64,000 bases of DNA from Clostridiales bacterium (GCA_017964005.1 JAGCSR010000054.1:172-64171), one strand, 5' to 3'; shown: positions 8,864-18,379, numbered from the stretch's first letter. The notes: generated by a model not told the origin, from the letters alone. Translations and numbers: made by a program.

Positions 8864-10582
8864 CTATATTGAATTACCGTAAGCCTTATCCCTGAATACC
8901 GCTATTACATCCGGTTCGTAGAAGATCAGTTCATATTGGTTGTTAAGGTAGTCTTCGATATGGTAATCGTCGGATTTTCTGTCTAATTCAAGAGCATAGT
9001 ATTCGGTCTTTTGGTTTGTCCTCTCGAGTTCATATAGTTCCTTATGATCTGAAAGATCCGTAATGAGAAATGTTGAAGCGGCAACAGATGCATCCTGAGG
9101 TATGGTTTCCATGGCGGCATTTATCTTGTTGCGCACTTCGGTCTTATTGCTGTAAGTGGTCAAATATGTAAGTCTTGGAGAGTTGACGGAGATCATTATC
9201 ATCAGAGAACAGCAAACGCCGAACAGGAGAGCCTTCGGTCTTTTAATGTCTTTATAATTGATAACTGCCAAATATATTAGCAGGGCACATGTTCCGAAGC
9301 AGTACTGCCAATTGAATTCATATTGATAATGGTGGTTTGGCATCAGGTGTATCAGAAGGTATGGGATGAACAGGATATAACGTCTTGCATCTTTGGTCAG
9401 GATAGGGAAGCCCCCTAAGGACAGCAGGGATAATGCAAGGAATGTCAGTTTGTCGGTGATGCTGATCTGACTTATAAGATATGCAGGATCTTTGGCGATG
9501 GTGGTGATCATCGACATAAATCCGTTGCCGTCGAGAAGCAGGTCGTTATATCGGGACATCATTACTCCGTCTCCCGAATTTGTAAGGTAATGTGTGACAC
9601 ACATAAAATACAGGACCGAACATATGAGGATGACGGAGTTTAAGATGCGCTTTTTGTTTACTAAGAGAAAGTATAAAGCGATGGATGCGGCATATATGGC
9701 AGCGTCTTCTTTTACAGAGAGGACCAGGATCGTAAAGACTATGCGCAGTATGGATGACTCTTTCTCAAAGGCATAGACCAGCCACAGAACGAAAGGCGCA
9801 AGAAAACAGTTTTCGTGAAGATGGAAGAAGCACCCTCCGGCAAATCCCGGGAAGAGAAGATACATCAGACTGAACATGATGATCGCGACGTTGGATATTG
9901 AAAGATGCTTCATGATCTTCAATAGAGGAATGATCCCGCTTGCAACGATCACGGCCTGACAGATATCGAGAGTCAGAGGACTCGGAATAAGATAATAGAC
10001 CGGCATGATCAGGTAATATGCAGGCGACATGTGGACTGCAAAGTGAGACATGAGGAAATCACGCTCGCAGGTCGTGTAGGGGAGACCGGTATTTTTCATA
10101 TAACGGAACATCTGGCTGAACAGTCCGAAGTCAAAACAGGCGGTTCCGTGATTGAGGATGATAAGACAGCAGTTGCCGCCGATGACTCCGATGAAGATCA
10201 GTGTAAGACAGATCACCGTGACATAAGCTATGCGCCTGTCGATCTTAAGGCGGATATCCGATATGTCGGTGAAGTACAGGATCCCGCCGAACAAGGCGCA
10301 CAGTGCGAGCGTGTAGAGGTTGTCGCCCCGGATAGAAGATACGGAAGTAAAGTAGATCATGCAGGTCGTGATCATAAGAATGCGGATAAACTTTGTATCC
10401 GGGAGAAGATCGATGATGACCCAAAGAACGATCATTATCCCTGCGAAAAGGATTATATTGATGTCCTGTACGAATCCTTTGGACATGAAATCCGAACCGC
10501 CCGCGGCAAGAAATCCCAGCGCTGTCAGGAGCCAGGCAAGGATAAGATTATATATCCATGGTTTGCGGAGGAGATTTCTCAT
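8864..10582 (-). CDS. DUF2079-type multi-pass membrane protein (possible GT-C glycosyltransferase)
   Basis: DFGLFSQ, HFAVHMSP, FHLHE, SVKED motifs; many TMs. Confidence 0.7.
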   Translation of the reverse strand: MRNLLRKPWIYNLILAWLLTALGFLAAGGSDFMSKGFVQDINIILFAGIMIVLWVIIDLLPDTKFIRILMITTCMIYFTSVSSIRGDNLYTLALCALFGGILYFTDISDIRLKIDRRIAYVTVICLTLIFIGVIGGNCCLIILNHGTACFDFGLFSQMFRYMKNTGLPYTTCERDFLMSHFAVHMSPAYYLIMPVYYLIPSPLTLDICQAVIVASGIIPLLKIMKHLSISNVAIIMFSLMYLLFPGFAGGCFFHLHENCFLAPFVLWLVYAFEKESSILRIVFTILVLSVKEDAAIYAASIALYFLLVNKKRILNSVILICSVLYFMCVTHYLTNSGDGVMMSRYNDLLLDGNGFMSMITTIAKDPAYLISQISITDKLTFLALSLLSLGGFPILTKDARRYILFIPYLLIHLMPNHHYQYEFNWQYCFGTCALLIYLAVINYKDIKRPKALLFGVCCSLMIMISVNSPRLTYLTTYSNKTEVRNKINAAMETIPQDASVAASTFLITDLSDHKELYELERTNQKTEYYALELDRKSDDYHIEDYLNNQYELIFYEPDVIAVFRDKAYGNSI

Positions 10583-10604
10583 TATTGTCCTTTCGTAAGT
10601 GTTA

Positions 10605-10626
10605 ATAAACTACAAATGTAGTTTAT
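10605..10626. promoter_or_regulatory. BlaI/MecI/CopY-type operator (TACA-NN-TGTA)
   Basis: ATAAACTACAAATGTAGTTTAT dyad just upstream of the DUF2079 gene. Confidence 0.75.
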
Positions 10627-10639
10627 ATGGGTAAAAAAA

Positions 10640-11827
10640 TTATTCAGTCATGGTGGTCGTTACTTCAGTTACGGTCGTCGGTAAGCTTGACTCAGGTTCT
10701 TCACGCCAATAGGTAGTCTCTTCCACTTCATCGAATGTAGTGGCGGCAGAATAATCACCGCCTTCCGGTTCTGAGTGCTCAACATCCCAATAGGTGGTCT
10801 CTTCTACTTCGTCAAAGGCGCCGTCGGTGTCATAATCCAAAGGCATATATGATTCGGTGACTTCAGGAGAATCGGTATCCCGCCCGTCGTACCTGTCTTG
10901 AGCATTTGCATTTACTATGATGCCGCATACGGCACAGAGGATGGAAACGGCGATCAGGATCCCGGCGAAAGCATGGAGGTTCATTCCCATTATCAGCTGC
11001 AGCCTGTGCTTGAGGTTCTGCTTCGGCGAGTAGAAATTTGTTGCAAGTACCGGCTGCTTGACCGTGCTTTGAGAGGATACGGCGTTAAGGATGGATTCGC
11101 AGTAGAGTTTGCGTGCCTCCCGTGGTTCTTCTGCCATGACGGACATATCACAATAGAGTTCACACTCCTGTTCAAGGTTACGGATCAGGGGTATCATCAC
11201 GGGATTAAACCAATGGAGTGCCCGGCAGGCGGTAACGATGAGCTTTACCCAGAGATCGTGGTGCTTAAAGTGCGTCAGCTCGTGCTTGATGATTAGCCTG
11301 AGTTCGTCATCTTCGTAATCGCGGTTGGGGAGAAATACCGTAGGTTTTGTAAGTCCTGTCATCATCGGGGTTGAGATCCCGGGAACGATCATGATGCTGA
11401 CCGATCCGATCCCGAGTTCCGCACGGATATCATCGGCGGTCTTTTCCATATCCGAGAAGGCAGGCAGCGCCAGCCGCCTGAGTGTTCTGTGCCATAGACA
11501 GGTCTTTACGATAAAGACGGCAATGCCTGCAATGATCCCTATGATATAGATCACGAGCAGAATCTGACTTAAGCTGGGTGTAGCGACAGAATTGCCGGTT
11601 CCCATGAGGGGGGTGGTCTCGTAATGTTTTGTATCGATGGAGATCGCTGATCTGCCGACGACCGGTCTTATGGGTATCAGGAATCCTATTGCTATGATCA
11701 CCCAGGTATAGTATCTGACGGCGGGAGACTGGTGCCCTTTGGTAGCTCTGGATATGAGCATATAAAGGAGCGTTACGAGGGTCATATTGATCGAACAGAA
11801 CAATATATTGAACATAGAGAGCCTCAC
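10640..11827 (-). CDS. BlaR1/M56 family metallopeptidase signal transducer (no penicillin-binding domain)
   Basis: HELTH zinc motif, HWFNP, ELYCD; acidic C-terminal tail. Confidence 0.9.
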   Translation of the reverse strand: MRLSMFNILFCSINMTLVTLLYMLISRATKGHQSPAVRYYTWVIIAIGFLIPIRPVVGRSAISIDTKHYETTPLMGTGNSVATPSLSQILLVIYIIGIIAGIAVFIVKTCLWHRTLRRLALPAFSDMEKTADDIRAELGIGSVSIMIVPGISTPMMTGLTKPTVFLPNRDYEDDELRLIIKHELTHFKHHDLWVKLIVTACRALHWFNPVMIPLIRNLEQECELYCDMSVMAEEPREARKLYCESILNAVSSQSTVKQPVLATNFYSPKQNLKHRLQLIMGMNLHAFAGILIAVSILCAVCGIIVNANAQDRYDGRDTDSPEVTESYMPLDYDTDGAFDEVEETTYWDVEHSEPEGGDYSAATTFDEVEETTYWREEPESSLPTTVTEVTTTMTE

Positions 11828-12204
11828 ATATTATCGAGCCAATCCCTAAGATCGGCTATGTCTTCATCTGACAGTTCCTTGTCATCGCAGAGGGCCTTGA
11901 CGAATCCGGTCACCTTAGCCGACCCGAAGCGCTGTCTCAGGCTCGCCGCTTCAACGGCCATGTATTCACTTTCGGATATAACGGCATAGTATCCCCGTTC
12001 CTTGGAGATCTTTTCGGAACGCAGGAATCCCTTCTTCTCGAGGCGCACAAGCATGGTCATGATGGTCTGCTGCTTCCAGTCCTTGTCGGGACGCAGGGTT
12101 TTCAGTTTGTCCGTGAGATCCGGTGATGTGACCGGTTCGTCGCTGTGCCACACCGCTTTCATGATCTCAAATTCCGAATCAGGGAGTTTCTTTATCTTGT
12201 CCAT
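11824..12204 (-). CDS. BlaI/MecI/CopY family repressor
   Basis: LPDSEFEIMKAVW, TIMTMLVRLEKKGFL, LSDEDIADL; overlaps blaR start; start set at ATG 12204. Confidence 0.92.
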   Translation of the reverse strand: MDKIKKLPDSEFEIMKAVWHSDEPVTSPDLTDKLKTLRPDKDWKQQTIMTMLVRLEKKGFLRSEKISKERGYYAVISESEYMAVEAASLRQRFGSAKVTGFVKALCDDKELSDEDIADLRDWLDNM

Positions 12205-12220
12205 GCTTCTCCTCAAAAAA

Positions 12221-12236
12221 TACAAATGTAGTTTAT
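12221..12236. promoter_or_regulatory. BlaI-type operator upstream of blaI
   Basis: TACAAATGTAGTTTAT, identical to 10611-10626. Confidence 0.75.
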
Positions 12237-12288
12237 TGGATGATATCAAAGGGATAATAGGGTGTCAAGAGGGTGGTATAAAACAATA

Positions 12289-12668
12289 ATATAATCTGAA
12301 CGAATACACGATGGAGGATCAGGATATGTACATACCTTCCGACAGGATAGATGAATTTCGCGGAATATGTGATAAGAATGCTGACGGAGTGACATTGGAG
12401 GAGTCCCTTGAGAAATACGATCCCAAGACCTGGGCATGATCCGCGCATCCCGTGCAGGATTCCTTTTCAGGAGCACTGAGCAGATCAAGAAAGACAATCC
12501 CGACCTTCCCGCCTTCGAAGAATACGATGATTTCCTCAAGGCGATATTGGAGACAGTAGGCTGACAGTTACAAGGATCGAATACCATTGCAATCAGTTCC
12601 GCGATCGAGGTCAAAAAATTTGACCTCGAGTTAACCGCAATCCGTTACGGTTGCGGTTTTATTAATGC
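12289..12668 (+). pseudogene. Chimeric remnant: Nudix promoter and 5' end fused to thrH 3' end
   Basis: 12289-12434 matches 13805-13950; 12427-12668 matches 6959-7200; junction is the shared GACCTGGG; frame stops immediately after the junction. Confidence 0.88.
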
Positions 12669-12691
12669 ATAGATAAGTCCCATTAATGACG

Positions 12692-12720
12692 TTTACAAAC
12701 AAATGTTCTTAAATTATAAT
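12692..12720 (+). promoter_or_regulatory. SigA promoter with overlapping LexA-like box
   Basis: TTTACA-17-TATAAT; AAAC-AAAT-GTTC at 12697-12708. Confidence 0.6.
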
Positions 12721-12736
12721 CTGGTAAAAGATTTCG

Positions 12737-13747
12737 GTGGAGGACAAGACAATGTTGGATGATAACCGGGCCATTATCGTAGATGAGTCTACACTGAAAG
12801 ATAAGATATACACTATCCGTGGTCAGCAGGTAATGCTGGATTCTGACCTGGCAGAGATCTATGGTTTCTCGGTCAGCGCGTTTAACCAACAGGTTAAACG
12901 CAATATTAACAGATTCGATGAAGATTTCATGTTTGAATTGAATAAGGAAGAAATGGAATCTTTATCGAAATCACAAAATGTGATTTCGATTCAAACCAAG
13001 GGATCAAAAGGCGGGAGGACAAAACCAGTCAAAGCATTTACTGAGCAAGGTGTTTATATGCTTATGACTGTTCTTAAAGGAGATCTGGCAGTAGAACAGA
13101 GCAAGATCCTGATCCGCCTCTTTAAATCCATGAAAGACTATCTGATCGAGAACCAATCTCTTCTTACCCCCAAGGACTACTTTGCCTTGGTTGCTAAAGT
13201 CGAGGAGAATTCCAGACAAATCTGCTCAATACAGGAGACGATGGTAACTAAGACGGAACTATCAGACATAATCAAGCTCTTCGATCAGGGAGAAAGAGAT
13301 GAGGAGATACTTATCCTTAACGGGGAACCGTTTAAGGCGGATGAAGCATATCAGAAGATCTACAGGAGTGCCAAGAGAAAGATAGCAATTATCGATGACT
13401 ATATAGGGATAAAGGTATTACATCATCTGGCACATTCAAAGAAGGAGGTTAGCATTACCATAATCAGTGACAATATGGCAAGACCGAGGCTCACGTTGGC
13501 GGAGTACAAGGATTTTGTTACCGAGAACCCGGGGAGAGGCATAACGTTTATCAAGTCCAAGCATCGCTCTCATGACAGATATATCGTATTGGATGAAGGG
13601 ACAAAGGATATGAAGATATATCATTGTGGCGGCTCCGGCAAGGATGCAGGCAAAAGAATGACAACGATCACAAGACTTAGTGATATCGATGAATACAAAG
13701 AAACGATAAAGGTCATGTTGAATAATCCGCCGCTGGTCTTGAGGTGA
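12737..13747 (+). CDS. ORF6N domain DNA-binding protein
   Basis: IYTIRGQQVMLDSDLAEIYG, QVKRNINRF, AFTEQGVYML; C-terminal HDRYIVLD...YHCGGSGKD. Confidence 0.9.
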   Translation: MEDKTMLDDNRAIIVDESTLKDKIYTIRGQQVMLDSDLAEIYGFSVSAFNQQVKRNINRFDEDFMFELNKEEMESLSKSQNVISIQTKGSKGGRTKPVKAFTEQGVYMLMTVLKGDLAVEQSKILIRLFKSMKDYLIENQSLLTPKDYFALVAKVEENSRQICSIQETMVTKTELSDIIKLFDQGERDEEILILNGEPFKADEAYQKIYRSAKRKIAIIDDYIGIKVLHHLAHSKKEVSITIISDNMARPRLTLAEYKDFVTENPGRGITFIKSKHRSHDRYIVLDEGTKDMKIYHCGGSGKDAGKRMTTITRLSDIDEYKETIKVMLNNPPLVLR

Positions 13748-13826
13748 AGATTACTATAAAAATCTGAGATAACTCATACTGTGCATAATCAAATTACCAT
13801 CGTGATATAATCTGAACGAATACACG

Positions 13827-14516
13827 ATGGAGGATAAGATCATGTACATACCTTCTGACAGGATAGATGAATTTCGCGGAATATGTGATAAGAATGCTGA
13901 CGGAGTGACATTGGAGGAGTTCCTTGATAACTACGATCCCAAGACCTGGGATAATCCTTCTGCTACAGTTGATACCATCGTTGCTACACAGGATTTGGGG
14001 AAGATAAAAAAGATCATGCTGATCAGGCGCGGCAACCATCCGTCTATCGGCTTGTGGGCACTTCCCGGGGGATTTGTGGAATACCGTGAAAATCTCAAGG
14101 ATGCTGCCTTGAGGGAGCTTTCGGAAGAGACCGGGATAGAAGGGATAGATGCGGTCCAGCTTAAGACTTACGGGGACTGGGACAGGGACCCCAGGACCCG
14201 CATAATCACTACCGCTTTTGCTTCCATAGTCGATGAGAAGGATATCGCCTTCGCAGCAGGAGACGATGCGGCACAGGCCGACTGGTTCAGTGTCGATATC
14301 AGGGATAACAAGGACGGCACATACGATCTGACCCTAGTGTCGGATAAGGATAAGATCAGGCTCAGCTGTACGGTTGCAGAAGCCCGCAAGGACATATCCG
14401 GCATAGAAGAAAGATCTTATAAAGTCGTAAAAAGAGATGGAATTGCAGCCGATCACGGTGCGATAATATTAGAGAGCATATTGATCTTGGAAGATAAACT
14501 GAAAGGGAACAGATGA
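13827..14516 (+). CDS. Nudix hydrolase (ADP-ribose pyrophosphatase/NrtR-like domain)
   Basis: Nudix box GGFVEYRENLKDAALRELSEETG, RDPR, AGDDA; start may be 13842. Confidence 0.88.
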   Translation: MEDKIMYIPSDRIDEFRGICDKNADGVTLEEFLDNYDPKTWDNPSATVDTIVATQDLGKIKKIMLIRRGNHPSIGLWALPGGFVEYRENLKDAALRELSEETGIEGIDAVQLKTYGDWDRDPRTRIITTAFASIVDEKDIAFAAGDDAAQADWFSVDIRDNKDGTYDLTLVSDKDKIRLSCTVAEARKDISGIEERSYKVVKRDGIAADHGAIILESILILEDKLKGNR

Positions 14517-14517
14517 A

Positions 14518-14940
14518 ATGGGAAAGATCATCGGAACAGAACATTACATACAATACTACGAGACAGATCAGATGGGATGTTGCCACCACTCGAATTACAT
14601 AAGGTTTTTCGAGGAGGCAAGATCGAGGTTTTTCGATGAGATAGGGATGCCCTATGCAAAGGTGGAACAGGATGGGATCCTAAGCCCCGTTGTTGCTGCC
14701 GAGATGGAATTCAAGATGCCATGCAGATATTCTGATACCATCATCATCGAAGCGGATCTCGTATCGTATTCGGGAGTAAGGTTCTCCTTCGAATATAAGA
14801 TCTACAATAAGGATACGGGAGATGTCTGTTGTACCGGAAGGACTAAGCACTGCTTCATTGACGGAGCCGGCAAGGTCCTGTCGCTCAAGAAAAAAGATCC
14901 CGTACTGCACGAGAGGATGACGGAGCTTGCGGCAACATAA
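14518..14940 (+). CDS. Acyl-CoA thioesterase (YbgC/FadM hotdog family)
   Basis: YETDQMGCCHHSNYIRFFEEAR. Confidence 0.88.
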   Translation: MGKIIGTEHYIQYYETDQMGCCHHSNYIRFFEEARSRFFDEIGMPYAKVEQDGILSPVVAAEMEFKMPCRYSDTIIIEADLVSYSGVRFSFEYKIYNKDTGDVCCTGRTKHCFIDGAGKVLSLKKKDPVLHERMTELAAT

Positions 14941-14963
14941 GCATTAAGACTGGAGGTGTTCTT

Positions 14964-16448
14964 ATGCTGAGGGAATGGGCAAAGCCGGACCGGCCGGATG
15001 ACGATGAGATCAAAGCAAGACTTGATGTTGCAAGGGCTGAACTTGCCAAACGTCAGACGAAGATAAAGGAGTGCGGTCTGCCCGTCCTTGTGGTCATGGA
15101 CGGCTGGGGTGCCGCAGGCAAGGGGAACACTCTGGGACGCGTAATAAAGAATCTGGATCCGAGATTCTTTAAGGTCGAGACTCTGAAGGGCAAATCCGAT
15201 CCCGAAGAAGACAGGTTCCCGTTCCTTTACAGATATTTTGTAAGGATACCTGCCGCAGGTAAGTTCATGTTCTTCGACGGCAGCTGGATGGGTGAAGTTA
15301 CGAGCGAACTTCTGTCGGGTAAGACTTCCGAGAAAGAATATCAGAACAGACTTACGAGCATAAGAAGGTTCGAACGGCAGCTTAACGATAACGGGTATCT
15401 CGTAGTCAAGTTCTTCTTCCATATAAGCGCAAAGGAGCAGAAGAAGAGACTTGATGCTTTGGAAGAGGATAAGTCTGCGAAGTGGCGTGTTACATCTAAG
15501 GACAGGTGGCAGAATAAGCACTACAAGAAGTGCTTTGATGTTTTCGACGATTATCTTGCCAGCACCAACCAGTTCGTGGCACCCTGGTATTTTATCGATT
15601 CCAAGGATTCCCGCTGGGCTGAACTCCAGATGACCGAGATCATGGTGGATTCCATAGATACGGCTCTTGCAAATCTTGACAACAAGGTCAAGCCCCAGCT
15701 CCTGCAGAACGTGTTCCCCATGAAGAAAGCGAAGAAACTTGCCGAGATCCCTCTGGATAAGTCCATCGCTCCCGATAAGTACAAGAAGGAACTGGATAAG
15801 CTTCAAAAGAGGCTGGCTGACCTCCATAACGAACTCTACCGCAGGAAGATCCCGGTGGTTATCGCATACGAAGGCTGGGATGCGGCAGGCAAGGGAGGCA
15901 ATATCAAGAGAGTCGCTGCGGCCTTGGATCCGAGAGGCTATGAAGTGCATCCCATTGCAAGTCCCGAGCCTGCGGAGAAAGCCCGTCACTATCTTTGGAG
16001 ATTCTGGAGAAGGCTTCCCAAGGACGGGCACATCGCGATCTTCGACCGCACCTGGTACGGCCGTGTCATGGTGGAGAGGATCGAGGGCTTTTGCACTGAG
16101 AACGACTGGCAACGCGCCTATAACGAGATCAACGAGTTCGAGAAAGAACTTACCGACTGGGGCGCGGTCGTCATAAAGTTCTGGGTGCAGATCGATAAGG
16201 ATACCCAGCTCGCAAGGTTCACTGACAGACAGAACACGCCCGAGAAGCAGTGGAAGATCACCGATGAGGACTGGCGCAACCGCGAGAAGTGGGATCAGTA
16301 CGAGGAGGCAATCGACGAGATGATCGCCAAGACGAATACTTCCTTTGCTCCGTGGTATGTACTGGAATCCAATGATAAATACTACGCGAGGATCAAGGCG
16401 CTTAAAATTGTGATCAAGAGGATCGAAGAGGCTTTGGCCGCAAAGTAG
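14964..16448 (+). CDS. pap: Polyphosphate:AMP phosphotransferase (two-domain PPK2)
   Basis: Two PPK2 P-loops DGWGAAGKG and EGWDAAGKGG, FDRTWY, WKITDEDW. Confidence 0.88.
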   Translation: MLREWAKPDRPDDDEIKARLDVARAELAKRQTKIKECGLPVLVVMDGWGAAGKGNTLGRVIKNLDPRFFKVETLKGKSDPEEDRFPFLYRYFVRIPAAGKFMFFDGSWMGEVTSELLSGKTSEKEYQNRLTSIRRFERQLNDNGYLVVKFFFHISAKEQKKRLDALEEDKSAKWRVTSKDRWQNKHYKKCFDVFDDYLASTNQFVAPWYFIDSKDSRWAELQMTEIMVDSIDTALANLDNKVKPQLLQNVFPMKKAKKLAEIPLDKSIAPDKYKKELDKLQKRLADLHNELYRRKIPVVIAYEGWDAAGKGGNIKRVAAALDPRGYEVHPIASPEPAEKARHYLWRFWRRLPKDGHIAIFDRTWYGRVMVERIEGFCTENDWQRAYNEINEFEKELTDWGAVVIKFWVQIDKDTQLARFTDRQNTPEKQWKITDEDWRNREKWDQYEEAIDEMIAKTNTSFAPWYVLESNDKYYARIKALKIVIKRIEEALAAK

Positions 16449-16503
16449 TCTTGTCCCGGAAGGATCTTTTTGTAGCGCCCCGGGATAAGTCCCATTAATG
16501 GCA

Positions 16504-16532
16504 TTTACAAACATATGTTCGCGTGATAGAAT
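16504..16532 (+). promoter_or_regulatory. SigA promoter with overlapping LexA-like box
   Basis: TTTACA-17-TAGAAT; AAAC-ATAT-GTTC at 16509-16520. Confidence 0.65.
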
Positions 16533-16565
16533 TCTCTCACATAACGAGACGGGAGGATTCTTATC

Positions 16566-17303
16566 ATGCGGTATGACTTTGTTTATGACGGCACTTTGGA
16601 AGGTTTATTGTGCGTTATCGCTTTTGCGGTTGCAAGACATGTAAGACCGGATTCTATTAATCCTGAATCGGCTGTCGAGGTGCCTCAGCGTCCCGTGTAT
16701 ATTAGGACCGACAGGGATATCGCGGATAATTTCTACCGTTATATCGGACACAATGCCGGCACTGAATGTCAGCAGCTGGTCTATGATTATTTTCTTACCG
16801 CAGCCGACGGCGTTGAGCCCATGATCTACGATCTTATATGCCGCGCTCTTTGTGAAGGACCTTCGATATTTGAGAGAACAGACGATTGCAGGATCAGGGC
16901 AATGCGCCGCCGCATAAGAGATCTTTACCGTGAAGCGGGAGATGAACTTCAGGAACTTATGTCGGTTCCCGTAAATGATGTTCAGGTTGCCGTGACGGAA
17001 CCTTCGGGGATAGTGATACCGATAATCAGGCAGGCGGTACTTGAAGATGTTTTCGACGGGGATTTCCTTCTTTATGACCGAAGGCACGCTCTGCTCCTTA
17101 TGAGAGCCGGATCTTCCGTTTATTCGATCAATGTCGCATCCGATGAGATCTACAAGAACAACAGGAATGAACGGGATCCCTACATCATTTATGAACTCTT
17201 CTGGGACAAGTTCATATCATCAGAAGACAGACGGAGGATATCCTACCGCAAGGAGAGACTTGTCTCGGACGGTATATCAGGTCTGTGGGAGATACCGGCG
17301 TGA
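16566..17303 (+). CDS. DUF4130-like putative DNA metabolism/repair protein (divergent)
   Basis: N-terminal YDGTLEGLLC, later LYDRRH and YELFWDKF. Confidence 0.65.
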   Translation: MRYDFVYDGTLEGLLCVIAFAVARHVRPDSINPESAVEVPQRPVYIRTDRDIADNFYRYIGHNAGTECQQLVYDYFLTAADGVEPMIYDLICRALCEGPSIFERTDDCRIRAMRRRIRDLYREAGDELQELMSVPVNDVQVAVTEPSGIVIPIIRQAVLEDVFDGDFLLYDRRHALLLMRAGSSVYSINVASDEIYKNNRNERDPYIIYELFWDKFISSEDRRRISYRKERLVSDGISGLWEIPA

Positions 17304-17316
17304 GGAGGTGGAAAGA

Positions 17317-17853
17317 ATGAGAAACAAATCAGATAGAAATGTATCAATAATAAAAGATACCGAAGGAAACAATATTGTTTTGATTAATGACATTATATTT
17401 AAGGGGAAGAGAGCGATTAGTTGGAATGATGTTGAACAATATTTAAAGGAGCATGTGGGGGAATTTTATAAGATATCGGAAACGGATGATATTGTATATT
17501 TTGGGAAGGATTTACCTGATGAATATGCACACTCAGATTATACCCGGTCACTAAAAGGGACTAACGCAAAGGCAAAGGCGAATGCATCCCAAGGGTTGGG
17601 TGAGATGATAGAAATTGCCAGTAGAGGTCAACATACAGTAAATAAGAAAGAGAAACATATGATAGATGGAGGTAACGGATGGTACAGATTTGAATCAAGA
17701 TTTGCCTTGCCGGTTTATGACGGAAGCGGAGAAATTGAACGTTACAATGTTTTTCATGTTTACATGATAATAAGACATGATCTCAACGGAAAAAAGTACC
17801 TTTACGACGTGATAAACATAAAAAAAGAAACGAGCACCCCGCTTGGCTGTTAA
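17317..17853 (+). CDS. Conserved hypothetical protein (possible polyvalent-protein-associated/RelE-like fold)
   Basis: GGAGG RBS, AT-rich ORF, C-terminal KKYLYDVINIKK; fold is a guess. Confidence 0.55.
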   Translation: MRNKSDRNVSIIKDTEGNNIVLINDIIFKGKRAISWNDVEQYLKEHVGEFYKISETDDIVYFGKDLPDEYAHSDYTRSLKGTNAKAKANASQGLGEMIEIASRGQHTVNKKEKHMIDGGNGWYRFESRFALPVYDGSGEIERYNVFHVYMIIRHDLNGKKYLYDVINIKKETSTPLGC

Positions 17854-17950
17854 TAAATAACACGTACGGTACAAAACCCATTTCTTGTGCAAAATATATC
17901 AGACAAATTGTTAAAAGTAAAGGATAATTTCAACCGCTTTTTGAATATAA

Positions 17951-18379
17951 CTAAGTGGCTCTTTCCTTTTCTGTAGTTCTTAGGAATTCTTCAGGAGATA
18001 AAGCTTTGATAGAAGATCTGCCGTAGTCTTTTACATTGCGGGTAACTATATAATCTGCTCCGACCGACTCTGCGCTGGCATACTGGATCGCATCTTCAAA
18101 GTCGGTTATGTTGTTATTGTTGAGGGCGGCATTTATTACATCTTCATTCATGCTCACAACATCCAGGATTTTGCAATATTCATTAATAATGATCCGCCTG
18201 TTCTTATCAGAGTATTCTTTTCTCAAAATGTAATACATATTGCTGAAAGAATGAGGCGCGGCAAAACCTGTGATCCTGTTTGAAGAACACATAGCGATCA
18301 CATCAGCTGAAAAAGATGAAGCACCATCCCGTTTGGTAATGGCATCGATCATTACGTTTGTATCAATCAAGACCTTCAT
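17951..18379 (-). CDS. PIN domain toxin (VapC-like)
   Basis: VLIDTNV, DFEDAIQY, IVTRNVKDY. Confidence 0.9.
   Translation of the reverse strand: MKVLIDTNVMIDAITKRDGASSFSADVIAMCSSNRITGFAAPHSFSNMYYILRKEYSDKNRRIIINEYCKILDVVSMNEDVINAALNNNNITDFEDAIQYASAESVGADYIVTRNVKDYGRSSIKALSPEEFLRTTEKERAT

Noticed and set aside
12246-12614. Similar minus-strand ORFs at 12246-12614 and 6952-7146
   Set aside because: Artefacts of the duplicated thrH 3' segment read antisense
14802-16514. 570-aa minus-strand ORF
   Set aside because: Antisense to the well-supported PPK2 gene; no motifs
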